From Marsupella aquatica (taxonomy: Eukaryota; Plantae; Marchantiophyta): a stretch of DNA of 64,000 nt. The DNA lies in NCBI GenBank assembly GCA_973895155.1, contig OZ316892.1:11658238-11722237 (forward strand), in the 5' to 3' direction. The notes below the pieces were generated by a model that saw only the letters and a list, made by a program, of their open reading frames with translations, did no database searches and was not told where the DNA came from. The stretch's first letter is position 1; the number at the start of each line of letters is the position of its first letter. Positions 1-11,140 of this stretch are shown here, piece after piece. The position numbers and the translations under genes are program-made.

Positions 1-1407
1 GTGAGGGGGTGTAAGGCTCAGGGGGTAATTAGCCCATTACAAAGAAGGTGGCAAGCCATGATATCAGACCCCAAAAAAGGAGACAATTGATAAATCCCCA
101 TTTCACAAAACTGCAGAACTAGATGACACGGAGTAGCGAATTCCCTACCGTAGCGTAGCGTATATACGTACTATACGCGGTGTGCCATTTACAATACGAT
201 ACGTTACCCCTTCGAGGAGTTCGAGCCCTCCACGCAGTCACAACACACTGCGAAGGTACCGTACCTTACCGTGCCCCTTCGAGCCCTGGAGGCTGGAGGC
301 TGGAGCCTTCGACGCAGTCCCGCAGTGCCAGTTCCTGTCCTGGTTACCATAGTCTGGAGTCGACTGCGTCCTTGCGGGGGGACGACAGAGAGACAGGCAG
401 AGAGGAGACAGCAGGGTTACGGTATTCCTCTCCTCCGACGTCCGAACGCATTTTTGCTGACGAAGAGGAGTAAGTAAGAGGAGGAGGAAGAGGAGGAAGA
501 GGAGGAAGAAGAGCAGTGCTGCTCCTGTGTCGATGCGTGGGTTGCTTTGTTCGTCGTCTGTGGTCGGAGAGAGAGAGGTGTGTGGGTGTCGGGGTGGAGA
601 ATTGGGGATGTGCGCAACGAGAGCGCAGTTTAGGGTCGCCTGCGATTCGAGATAGGTTGGTGGGTGGGTGATGAGTGGCACCTCTGGGTCTCTGGCGATG
701 CGACGGTGTTCGCTCCGGACGACGAGGGGCGAGGTTGTGATCGATGAAAGCTCCGAGGTCGAGGAATGAAGCGGAGCACGAGAACGAGAGGAACGAGAGC
801 CAGACGAGGGATGTAAGAGAGAAGCGAGGGAGAAGAGGAGGAGGAGGAGGAGGAGGAGGAGAGAAAGGATTGCGGGTGGATGGAGAGGCGGTCAGTGAGG
901 TCGATAACGAGGCAGTGGACTGACGAGGGAGCATTTCGTGCCTGAACGGGAAGGAGGAGATCAAAGGAGCCATTTCAGCTGTTGCGATGTTTCTCACCAA
1001 CGATGCCGAGGGCAGCAGCGACTACCGGAATGGAGGAGACCTCTGAATGACTGAACCCAGAGAATTGCACGAGATTCGAGGTTTTGATTCGGGACACGGA
1101 GGAACGGGGATTTCACGGCAGGGCTGCTAATCTGGCTAGAGGATTCAGATAGAGGAGACAGAGGAGGGTGTGGGGGTGGGGGAGTGGACTCATGGCGTGG
1201 TGTCTGTCTGTTGTCTTGCACGCCAAGAGTAAAAGAGCCGTCTGCTTTGTAAACTTGCTACTTGTGTAGACTTCCCTCCTAGAAGTTGGAATTATTAGTG
1301 AGATAGCTAAGGGGTAGGATCTACGGGTTTGTCCGTATTGAATTTTTGGGCCCTTCTGAAGTGGCGTGGGCGCGGATCGTTGAGAATTCAGGGAGTGAGT
1401 GAGATAG

Positions 1408-1740
1408 ATGGAACTGGAGCTTAACTCGAAGCCGAGGTCTTTGATAAGATGCAGGCTCGAGAAGATTTGGGTATGGGACGAAATGGAAGTAGATGTGAGA
1501 TCGGGCGAAGCTGGCAGGGAGCTTCAGCAGCGTGGGGTCTACAAGGAGACGGTGGATATGGATGAGCAGATGTGGGGCAATCTACCTGGCCATCTGCTGG
1601 AAAGCCATATTCTGGTCCGGCTGCCGTTGGAGAGTTTGTTTCGATTTCGTTCCGTCTGTACGTCTTGGAATCTTCTCATCTTTTCAGATGAATTCCTAGA
1701 GCGCTACTATGAGTTGGTGTCAATACGTGAGTCCAGATAG
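1408..1740 (+). CDS. F-box domain-containing ORF (first exon or truncated F-box-only gene)
   Basis: MDEQMWGNLPGHLLESHILVRLPLESLFRFRSVCTSWNLLI is a typical plant F-box (LP..L...IL.RLP..SL.RFR.VC..W). Possible GTGAGT donor at 1728. No C-terminal substrate-binding exon was recognised downstream. Confidence 0.65.
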   Translation: MELELNSKPRSLIRCRLEKIWVWDEMEVDVRSGEAGRELQQRGVYKETVDMDEQMWGNLPGHLLESHILVRLPLESLFRFRSVCTSWNLLIFSDEFLERYYELVSIRESR

Positions 1741-3462
1741 CATATGCTGGGGAAGGATACGATTTATTCTTTGTGTTTCGAGACGACATTGTGTAAGCAC
1801 ACTCCTCCTTGAACGGATTTCCGATGGACATTACGTATTGTGTCAGCAATAATATGTTCAGTAAGTTTCCACCGTGGACATCCGTTTTGCTCTGGACGCA
1901 TAGGTGAAGTAGTTTCTTAGCAGCCGCGCTATGAAGTCTTTTGCTTTGAGATAATCCAGTCTGACTATGTTCTGGATTTATTACTAAAGTAGGAGTACAA
2001 ACTACAATAAGGAATTGTTGCATTTAGCCGATGGGCTGTGACTTTGTTTCGAGGTGAGCGGAGCACCCTCTTTTTCCTTGGGGTGTGCGCCCGAATGAAG
2101 AAGTGCATTATATTGTGCCCTGTCCTCTTTTCTCTTCATATTGCTTTCACTTGTGTTTAGAGTATCTGTGCTCAACCTTCTTGAAACCATGTCATCTCTT
2201 GTGTGAACCGTTCAGAGTATGGCTAAGTTTTTCTACAATTAGACCAGTCTATTTTCCAGCTTTTTCACAGTTCTCTTGCAGAATTCCCTCGAACCTTTTT
2301 TTGCTGACCTTCAAGGTTTGAATGCACGCCAGAGTGTGTTTCGATGACTGAATCTCGTCTTTCGAACAAATAGCAGTAGTATTGAGCAGCCGGCCGATCT
2401 GTTTCTTGAACAAGCTCAGTGTTTCAATACCTGAATCTCGTCGTTTTTACAGCGAAACGTAGTTCTGAGCAGCCAGCCGGTCTGTTCTGTTATTCAATAA
2501 GACCACTGTTCTGGGCGCCAAATTAGTTTCACTGAATAAGTTTTGTATTATTTGTGAATTCAGGATTGTTACTGTATATTGGATTTATTGTACGAGGACA
2601 CCTCGATGAGGCAGGAAGAAGGAATAAGGAGATGGGAGGATCTCCTGGGCTGAGGGAATCAGGCCGTCTTAAACAATGAAGTGTGTTTCCGAGTATTCTA
2701 GTATAGCGAGCGCAATATTCGTGTAGACACTTTCTGGCGGATCAAGGTTGTTCTCAAATTATATGTTTGATACCTGAGAGCCTGAAGTTCCGGCAGGGAC
2801 AATTTACCTCCGGCTTCCTTCCACGTCATGGATTGGTGCTTGGGCCCATGTAGAAGATTTTCATGTAGAAAGACACCAAATGTTGTCTGAACTCTTATGC
2901 GTAGATTCTTACTATCTACGCTTTTGAACCGTCACTAGTGCAAATACCTTGCTCATACTGCTAGAAGCGTTAAAGTAGTTTTTGGAACAGTCTCAGGACA
3001 ATATTAGGTTTGATCTAGCTGCTATCCTGAATTAGTTAGCTCACCTCTCGTTCATGTAAATCTTGTCATATCACATTGTAACGCCGTCTATAGGCTATAG
3101 GCCAGCGGAAAAGTATTTTCTTGTTTCAAACTGATTCTCTGAGAGTGTAGGTCAGGAGCTGTAGAACCCTGTGAGTGAATCTGAGGAAAGTCAGGACAGG
3201 TAGTCCACTGTGGGGCACCTCCGACTTTATTGTTTTTACCTAGGAGTACATGCCCAAATGATTTTTCTTGTAAGCGAAACTCTCTCGATGAGTTTGTTTC
3301 TCAGGAAACGAACTTCGTTACACTAGTTTCATTCTCTACATACGAAGAACTCTCTAAATGGAATTTGGTTCCCACGTACCACATTTAATTAGGTGAGTAC
3401 AAGTGTATCCAAGCTAGGAACAAAAGCCCGGGTCTACAGCTCCAGTATGCCGAACGTGTGTT

Positions 3463-3570
3463 CATTTCAGATCTTTTGGTAGAGCAGTTACGAGAAGGAT
3501 TCAGCGAGGAGATGGCATTTCAGATCTTTTTGTAGAGCAGTTACGAGAAGGATTCAGCGAGGAGATGGCA
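3463..3570. repeat. 53-bp tandem duplication (x2)
   Basis: catttcagatctttt(g/t)gtagagcagttacgagaaggattcagcgaggagatgg starts at 3463 and 3516. Confidence 0.9.
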
Positions 3571-3756
3571 GTATTTAGTGCCAAACAAGACAACATTCTG
3601 TTCTTTGCCATCCATTGGCTTCACTCAATGCTATTTAGTTCGCCTTTAGCACCTTTCGCGTTGAGATTAGAGTGTTGGAAAGCATATTAGTATAGCGTAT
3701 CATACTTTCGATCATTGTCGCAAAGAGGCACGTCTTGGGATAACAGAGTTCATACA

Positions 3757-3900
3757 TTTTCCTGTTTGCTCTCTGCTTTCACAACCACCCATCAGGGCAG
3801 CAAAGCTTGGTTAGATTTCCTTGGAAGGATTTTCCTGTGTGCTCTCTGCCTTCACAACCACCCATCAGAGCAGCATAACTTAGTTAGATTTACTTGAAGG
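3757..3900. repeat. ~73-bp imperfect tandem duplication (x2)
   Basis: ttttcctgt.tgctctctgc.ttcacaaccacccatcag.gcagca...ctt.gttagattt occurs twice. Confidence 0.8.
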
Positions 3901-4028
3901 CAAACACTTTCCTTGCAGAGTTGGCATGAAGTAGTTGACCCCCATGAGGAATCCCTTGCACCTAATTGTGCCTATCATGTTAACGACCACAAACACATAT
4001 CATCTATTTTGTGAAGTAAAATAATCAT

Positions 4029-4401
4029 AGGGATTTGCTTGAAGGGACCCCAAAATGAAATGTGTATTTGATAGGACCCTTGAATGATCCAGACCCTGTT
4101 TTACATTGAATCAAGGTACCCAAATTTTCAGGGGTCCTACGAGAATGATCCAGACCCTGTTTTACATTGAATCAAGGTACCCAAATTTTCAGGGGTCCTA
4201 CGACTATGAAGTAACACAATTTCCATTTGGGGTCCCATCAAGCAAATAATTTTCAGGGTCCTATGACTATGAAATAACACATGACTATGAAGTAACACAT
4301 TTCCATTTGGGGTCCCATCAAGCAAATCCCTCAAAGACCCTGTTTTACATTGAATCAAGGTACCCAAATTTTCCATTTGGGGTCCCATCAAGCAAATCCC
4401 T
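4029..4401. mobile_element. MITE-like element with terminal inverted repeats and internal duplications
   Basis: Left end AGGGATTTGCTTGAAGGGACCCCAAA matches the reverse complement of the right end, AGGGATTTGCTTGATGGGACCCCAAA. Internal blocks gaccctgttttacattgaatcaaggtacccaaatttt and ccatttggggtcccatcaagcaaat each occur three times. No clean TSD seen. Confidence 0.7.
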
Positions 4402-5275
4402 CAAAATAATAGTCTCATTTGTGTGAGTGACAATTGCTCACAAATTTGAAGTAAATTCTGGGATGTCACTATCATAGAAATAAAATGTATACATAGAAAA
4501 TACAAAGTGCAAGACAGGTAAAATTTATCACATGTAACCTTTTCAGTTATATTTCAATTTTTAACAAAAGGAAATAATTCAATTCAAAAATGTGATTTGA
4601 TTACATATTAAATTGAGTAAACTGATATATCAGTGTTTAACAATGAAAAGGGTGATTCATCTCATAATATTGTCATGTAATTACCAAATTTGACAATCAT
4701 GTAACTGCCCAGAAGGTATCTTGAACACTGGAGATCTCAAACACAAATAGTGTTTTCTGCTGCTGGCATTTATGCACTGGCTGGAGACTCAGGTTGTCCC
4801 ATTCCGAAGGAGAGATTCTGGTAGGCTGTAAGTTCAAGTGCTTTTAATACTCGCTCACCTTCCATCTTTCAAAGTGCACATTGTTCTCTTTCTTTCGTTT
4901 TGGTCTAATTTGGTCACATTAGATAGTAGCCCGACTTCTGTTTTTGTGTTGAAGCTCCTTTTGGGTTTTTCGTTTCCGATGGTTTATACTGATATTATCA
5001 GGTATTGCAGCAGACCTTGTGTCCAAGAAAGCCAACAGCATAAATGTGAGTCATGGGAGCTGGATCTCCTAGAAAGCAACTTTTTTTTTCGAGAAGTAGG
5101 ACTATATGTTCCTTGTTTAATTTTTTTTCAAGACTATAATGTTCCCTCTATTCAAATATTAACCTCCACTTTGAGTTTCGGTCCGAAATGTTTGCGCCAC
5201 TCCTCTTTTGAGCGGAAAACTGATCAGATTCTTTCCATGAGAAGATGTATGATATTTAAGTACCAAATCCTTTAG

Positions 5276-5451
5276 ATGTTTGTAGTGCCAACCTTCATCC
5301 GTCGAGCAATCGAATCCTCTCAAGATCCAGTCAATTTGCTAGTTGGACTCCTGTACTTGCAATTGTTTGTCGTGCCAGCCTTCATCCGTAAAGCAATCGA
5401 ATCCTCTCAGATTCAGTCAATTTGCCAGTTGGGGTCCTGTACTTGCAATTG
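5276..5451. repeat. ~87-bp imperfect tandem duplication
   Basis: tgtttgt.gtgcca.ccttcatccgt..agcaatcgaatcctctca...gtacttgcaattg occurs twice. Confidence 0.8.
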
Positions 5452-5683
5452 CAAATGGAGCATTCCCGTGTGCCTAGATTTCGGAATCAAACTCGAGTTC
5501 TCCGTATTGCCAATTTTCAGATCACTGTGCTGCAGAAGTGTTTCTTGCTGGCAATGTGAAATGGATCGTCGTTGGGCGCCAAACCTCACAGTTCTACGTA
5601 TTCCAAAGTAGAAGCAAGTACAAATCGACCAAGAGATGAGAATTGGATGAATGAATGACTCAGAGAACTGCTTTTGTTTGTTC

Positions 5684-6866
5684 TCATAAAACTCGTTGAA
5701 TCTGGCCCCTACGCTCCCTCCAAATCAACCTAGACTTATGTGCAAGGCGTCTACTCATGCTAACAATCCTTTCTGTCGCGGCCAGATCCTCCACTGGCCT
5801 AAATGCTGCTTGAACCTGTGCTATGCTGGTTCCTTTTTCCAAAGCGCATTTGGCAGGGACTACATGTCCCCACCAAAACTCTGACATTATCCGAAACATA
5901 AGACCCCAATACTCAGCATTATGCTCAATTCTAAAGGCGGAACTACCATTCAGCGTCCATACGTAAAAATACATATATTTCCTATCAAATGTTTTTAGAA
6001 GACCCTGAGCTTGGGCATGTAATAATGGGGAACGCAATCCCATGGAGTCCCAAGCTCCGGTTTCCCTTTGTTATGTGGGGATTCACCTCGAGAATCCCCA
6101 ATTCCTTATCAGTATCTTGCACTCCCTCAACAATATTATACGTGATCAGGCCATCAGGAGATCCTCCCAACTATGACAGATAATCATCTCCAGCGTGGTT
6201 GATAGACTTTGAAAGCAGCGTGATCCACGCCATTGCCAGTGATCTCCTTATACTTCCCAATGGCATTTGCCTCTGCACTCGACCCCCAAATCGTTGCCGC
6301 ATTGCCGGTAAACGGCTCTCTGATGCCAATCTTGTCCTTCCACAGCTCAACTCGGCGGGTTCCCCAGAAACCTAGAGAAGTCCCAAACGAACTCGCAGTG
6401 ATGCGATTCTTCCTGAGAGCCAACCACTCCTGTGAGCCCTGCAGTAAGTCAGGCCGAATCACCTCCAAGTCACGAGGATCAATGGGGGTGCAGTACTTGT
6501 CACTTGCAAGGACAACGTTCCCTGCCTTCGTTTCTGCACAAATTCCACATAGCTTTGGACAGAACCTCCACCTTGACTACTAGGGAATTCGGAGGGACTC
6601 ATCTGCTCAGAACCCACTTCAGCCCAACTAATTTTTGCAGCACACCGAGAGACCTCAACCTGCTTGGAATAGAAATTCATGAATGCGTGCTGCCAAACTC
6701 TTAACCCTTTCCGGCTCCTGGACTGCGTTACGGTCAGAATTCCTCCACTTTGCATGCCTGAGAGTGACATCCTCCGCTCGAATACTCTTCTACCGATTGT
6801 TAAGATAGATGACATTGAGCATGAGCATGAGCAGAGCAGGCCTCGCTGTGCACTGCTCGAGAACAT
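5684..6866 (-). pseudogene. YqaJ-like (lambda-exonuclease/PD-(D/E)XK restriction-endonuclease fold) nuclease pseudogene
   Basis: Motifs QGSQEWLALRKNRITASSF, WG..AE..AI.KY, LGGSPDGLI, GILEV, PHYYMP/QAQG, FYVWT.NGS, YW...FWW.HVVPA are spread over several reading frames. In-frame TAG at about 6171 (S*LGGSPDG) and at least 3 frameshifts. Confidence 0.8.
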
Positions 6867-7240
6867 CTATTCCATATCAGGCACCTCAATCTTTGAATTC
6901 CTCTACCAGGCACCGTCCGTTCTAGCTTACGTACGAGGAAAAGGACCCGGATCGGTTTGGGTAGCTTGATGATATATATGACAATGCTCTGCGCTAATCC
7001 AAATTAATGTTTAATTATTTGGGCACTCTAGTACACATCTCATCGAACGGAGAACCAAGCAAAAGAAAGACTTGGCAAGACCACAGCAACGGACACCAAT
7101 GATAACAACCAGGCAAATCAGAGGGATGCAGAGAAGGTCTTACTCGAGAAGCAGAGTCACATTCAGAATTGAGCAAATACTCGTCAAATTCTGCTCTGAC
7201 ATAGCTCATAGCTATGCATGGTGCGATGCATGGTGCGTGG

Positions 7241-8302
7241 TTGCTAAGATTACTCAAGTCTCAACCCTAAGAAGGCAGTGCAGGGGAATTCCAAATTCAT
7301 GGACCCAGATGCACCGGATAAAGCAACAGATTGGCGTCTGGCGATCGCCTTGCACAAAAGACACGACAACTCCCCTTGCCTGGTGCAACTCATAAAAGCT
7401 TCTAGAGTTCATAAATGGTGAGCTTACTCAAGGCTTCAAGTTTGCCCACAGTAGCCCTCATGAATGTTGTCTCTTACTTGACAGAACAATTGCAATCTCA
7501 ACCAAAATCACTTGCAACATACTCCTAACAAAGGTTTGTACGCAGAATAGAATGGTGTGCGTGACTAAATTGTTTAACAAATGAACTAGATCATTGCTAA
7601 GATTACTCAAGTCTCCACCTAAGAAGGCAATGTAGGGGAATTCCAAATTTGTGGACCCAGATGCCTACTAAAAACTGGGATAAAGCAGCAGATTGGCGTT
7701 TGGCGGTCGCCTTGCACAAACGACACAACTCCCCCTGCCTGGTGCAACTCATAAAAACTTCTAGAGTTCATAAATGGTGAGCTTACTCAAGGCTTCAAGT
7801 TTGCCCACAATAGCCCTCATGAATGCTCTCTTACTTGACAGAACAACTGCAATCTCAACCAACATCACTTGCAACGTACTCCTAATGAAGGTTTGTATGC
7901 AGAATAGAATGGTGCGCGTGACTAAATTATTTAACAAATAAACTAGATCATTGCTAAGATTACTCAAGTCTCAACCCTAAGAAGGCAGTGCAGGGGAATT
8001 CCAAATTTGTGGACCCGGATGCCTACTGAAAACTGGAATAAACCAGCAAATTGGAGTCTGGCCATCACCTTGCACAAAAGACACAACTCCCTCTGCCTGG
8101 TGCAACTCATAAAAGCTTCTAGAGCTCATAAATGGTGAGCTAACTCAAGGCTTCATGTTTGCCCACAGTAGCCCTCATGAATACTGCCTCTTACTTGACA
8201 GAACAACTGCAATCTCAACCAACATACTCCTAACGAAGGTTTGTATGCAGAATAGAATGGTGCGCGTAACTATATTGTTTAACAAATGAACTAGATCATT
8301 GC
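7241..8302. repeat. ~355-bp tandem repeat x3
   Basis: Unit starting ttgctaagattactcaagtctc(a)acc(c)taagaaggca at about 7241, 7594 and 7951. Confidence 0.9.
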
Positions 8303-8564
8303 CTAGTGCAATTTGACCTTCAATGTTCGATGGGTGCCTGACCACTCTTGCCTATGAAGGCTGGTTGTCAGCTATTACAATTTCTACAACTCTCGCAAAT
8401 TTGATTCATAAAAAGAATTTGAGGCTTCAAGGTGTCGAAAGTGGGCTCCGCAAATTTACAAAGAAACTTGTTATTGGCGTCACCTTGTGACCGCCAAAGG
8501 AATTGTGAGTTGCATATCCTCCAGAGTGATACCAGTTCTGCCAGTGTGGAAGAAAGTCTGTCCA

Positions 8565-9880
8565 CTATTCAAAGCGACTGTCATCAAACACCCAGGGCTC
8601 ATGCGCATATAGCTCTCGCCCAGTCATGCGCACGCGTCCTGCAGTGATATCCTCAGCTCGTTTGCGGGCCTCTTCTGCAGCCCTTGCCGCAGCTTCAGCA
8701 TCCTGCAAAACCAGCCACCAGGCGTATAGACAGGGAAGAGGCATTAAAGGCTACCCATAAGATTCAATAGTTTGGATGGCGCATGGCTTAATATAATCAA
8801 AGGATGGAAAGTTGCTCTGTTCAACTGAGTGTGCCAAACCCTCTTCCACAGGAAAATTCTGAGATGAGTCCTGTAGATTCGCGTTCCTATGAAAAATATC
8901 ATGCCCTAGTAATCGTCAAATAGCCTACAATAAAAAATAAAAACAGACAGTACAAGCACTCCCGCTCTCATTAGTTGCCATAATGACCAAGGAGAATGTC
9001 TTCCATGTAGAGAGAACATAGTTGGTGGCGCAGTGAGAGCATCGAGGTCCAAATATCTCGTGCATGAGTGTATGACCAAAGGACTGACCAAGGAGAGATT
9101 TTACATGTAAAGGGAAAACAGTTGGTGGCAGCGTGAAATCGATAGAGGCAAAAGTATCTCATGCATGAGTGGATGGCCCAAGGACCGGGATCAATAACAG
9201 GGAGGGACAGAGGTAAGAAATTACGAGAGGTTATATCCGATTGGACAAAGAAACGACGCCCTAACAGAATTCCCTTGTCCTCTAATTCACCGTAATTCAC
9301 CGTATCGTTGAACAAATGGACAGACCGCTGAAAGACCGAGACAATCACCCACCCGAAAGGAAGGGAAGGACAGGGAATGATAACTCCAGTCTCTATCGAC
9401 GGCTAATAAAATTCCTCTACTTTCACATGAGCAGAGTTGACGCAATCTTCTTGGTGCCAAAACCTAAAAGCCTAAGCGATGGAATGACTTAATTCAACGA
9501 CGCCATAAAATTGCGGCAGAAAAAGCAGTCGACCTACAGCGATCTTCTTGTTGCCAAAATCTAGAGGTTCTAAATGGTGAAATGACATAATTCAGCGACG
9601 CCACAATATTTCGGCAGAATAGAAGTCCACCTACAGACACTAGAAAGCAAAATCATAGCACTGGACAGGACTGGGGTGGACAGGACAGGGCGGAAAGATC
9701 AATTCGCCAAACTTGAAGCAAACGCAAAGACAGAGAAGAGTGGGCAATGAGAAATTGCACCTTCCGCTGCTTCCAGAGCACAAACTGTGCTGGGGTGATG
9801 GCCGCGGCGGGCGTTGGCTCCGGTGTCTGCTGGTGCTGCTCGGAGTTGCCTTTGCTCTGCTCTGCCGCGATGGCTCCCAT
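8565..9880 (-). CDS. small ZC3H15/TMA46 (DFRP) C-terminal-like protein, 2 exons (9880-9761, 8702-8565), 85 aa
   Basis: GT-AG splicing gives ...ITPAQFVLWKQRK|DAEAAARAAEEARKRAEDITAGRVRMTGRELYAHEPWVFDDSRFE*, matching the TP..F..WK and GRELF..P..F.D signature of the DFRP C-terminal region. Confidence 0.8.
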
Positions 9881-10045
9881 GGCTTCTACTGCTCTGCTCT
9901 CCTCTCCTCTCCTCTGCTCTTCGCTTCGCTCCTCTTCACCCCTTCTTCTCCCCTTCTTCTCCTCTTCGTTATTCTACGAGACGGACAGCTCTCCTCTCTA
10001 CCCTCTACATTGCAGGACAATTGCCAATAAAGAGTTCAACTCATA

Positions 10046-10726
10046 CCGGTTTGGCCTTGACGGGCATATTGGGGTCTCGACCCCGTCATCCCGTCACCCG
10101 GTCGCCCGGTCCCCCACCCACCCGCCCGGCCGCGACCCCGAACCCGAACCGGGGGACTGCTCGCTAGACCGGGGAGTCGGGGGGGGGAGAGTTCGGGAAT
10201 GGTCGAGGAATCAGTGTAAATATGCATCAAATTGTCTATTTTTGGCCAGTCATTTGATGGTTTTATGTGCCGGCATGACTTCAAGTTGCCCGTCATTTGA
10301 CGGTTTTACGTGTCGGCAAGGTGTCAAGTTGCCCATCAGCACCCACCCGGCCCGACCCTGACTAGCCACTTTGGCGGGCAACTTGCCGAGTTGTCTTGCA
10401 CATCAACTAGTCACTTGTCGGGCGAAAATCAGCCCAAATGTCAGATACCCCCTGTTATTCCCCGGGCCGGGGCTGGGCTGGGATAGGCCGGGGCTGGGCT
10501 GGGATAGGCCGGGGTTGGGGCCAGACCGCCTCTCCCCGGCCGGACCCCGAACCCAAAGTTCCCCCCCAGACCGCTCCCAAACCCAAACCCGAACCCGAAC
10601 CCGGACCGCCCCCCCCGGACCCCCCCGAACCCGAACCCACCCCCCCAGACTACTCCCGAGCCCGGGTGCCAGGTTGCCCATTTGCCGGCCGTTTTCGCCC
10701 AGTTTGACGGGCAAGGTCAAACCGGG
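10046..10726. mobile_element. GC-rich TA-flanked non-autonomous TIR element (MITE-like)
   Basis: TA|CCGGTTTGGCCTTG ... CAAGGTCAAACCGGG|TA. Internal CCCGAA(C) arrays and a gggctgggctgggataggccg duplication. Interrupts a unit of the adjacent 81-bp repeat. Confidence 0.65.
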
Positions 10727-11140
10727 TATTAGGGTGTCTCAAATCATTAAACTTAATTACAGCTTTTCACTACAGTACATTGCCACTAAAGAGTTCCACT
10801 CATACCATATTAGGGTGTCTCAAATCATTAAACTTAATTACAGCTTTTCACTACAGTACATTGCCACTAAAGAGTTCCACTCATACCATACTAGTGTATT
10901 TTAAATCACTCGTTTAATTACAACTTTTAACTAGAGTACATTGCCACACTAAAGAGTTCCACTCATACCATATTAGTGTGTCTCAAATAGTTTGTATAAT
11001 TACAGTTTTTTACTATAGTACATTGCCACTAAAGAGTTCCACTCGTACCATATTAGGGTGTCTCAAATCATTCCTTTAATTACAGCTTTTAACTAACATT
11101 GCCACTAAAGTGTTCCAATCATACCATAGTAGAGTGTTTC
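10727..11140. repeat. ~81-bp tandem repeat, about 5 copies
   Basis: tattagggtgtctcaaatcatt...ttaattacagctttt...gtacattgccactaaagagttccactcatacca repeated. A partial unit also lies left of the MITE at about 10005-10045. Confidence 0.9.

Noticed and set aside
205-300. GGAGTTCGAGCCCTCC resembling a tRNA T-arm/B-box
   Set aside because: No cloverleaf, acceptor stem or A-box could be built around it.
180-1221. Several ORFs on both strands in the GA/GGA-rich region
   Set aside because: Low-complexity translations of a purine-rich leader or intron; no domain recognised.
5684-6866. Phage-derived horizontal transfer of a YqaJ recombinase
   Set aside because: Motifs match the family already widespread in plant nuclear genomes, and there are no phage neighbours.
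10371-10904. Pro/Gly-rich ORFs (PEPEP, GSGSG)
   Set aside because: Artefacts of the GC-rich MITE repeats.
10727-11140. Regularly spaced repeats superficially like a CRISPR array (also 50879-51160 and 54758-54870)
   Set aside because: Units are contiguous tandem copies without unique spacers, the context is eukaryotic, and there are no cas genes.
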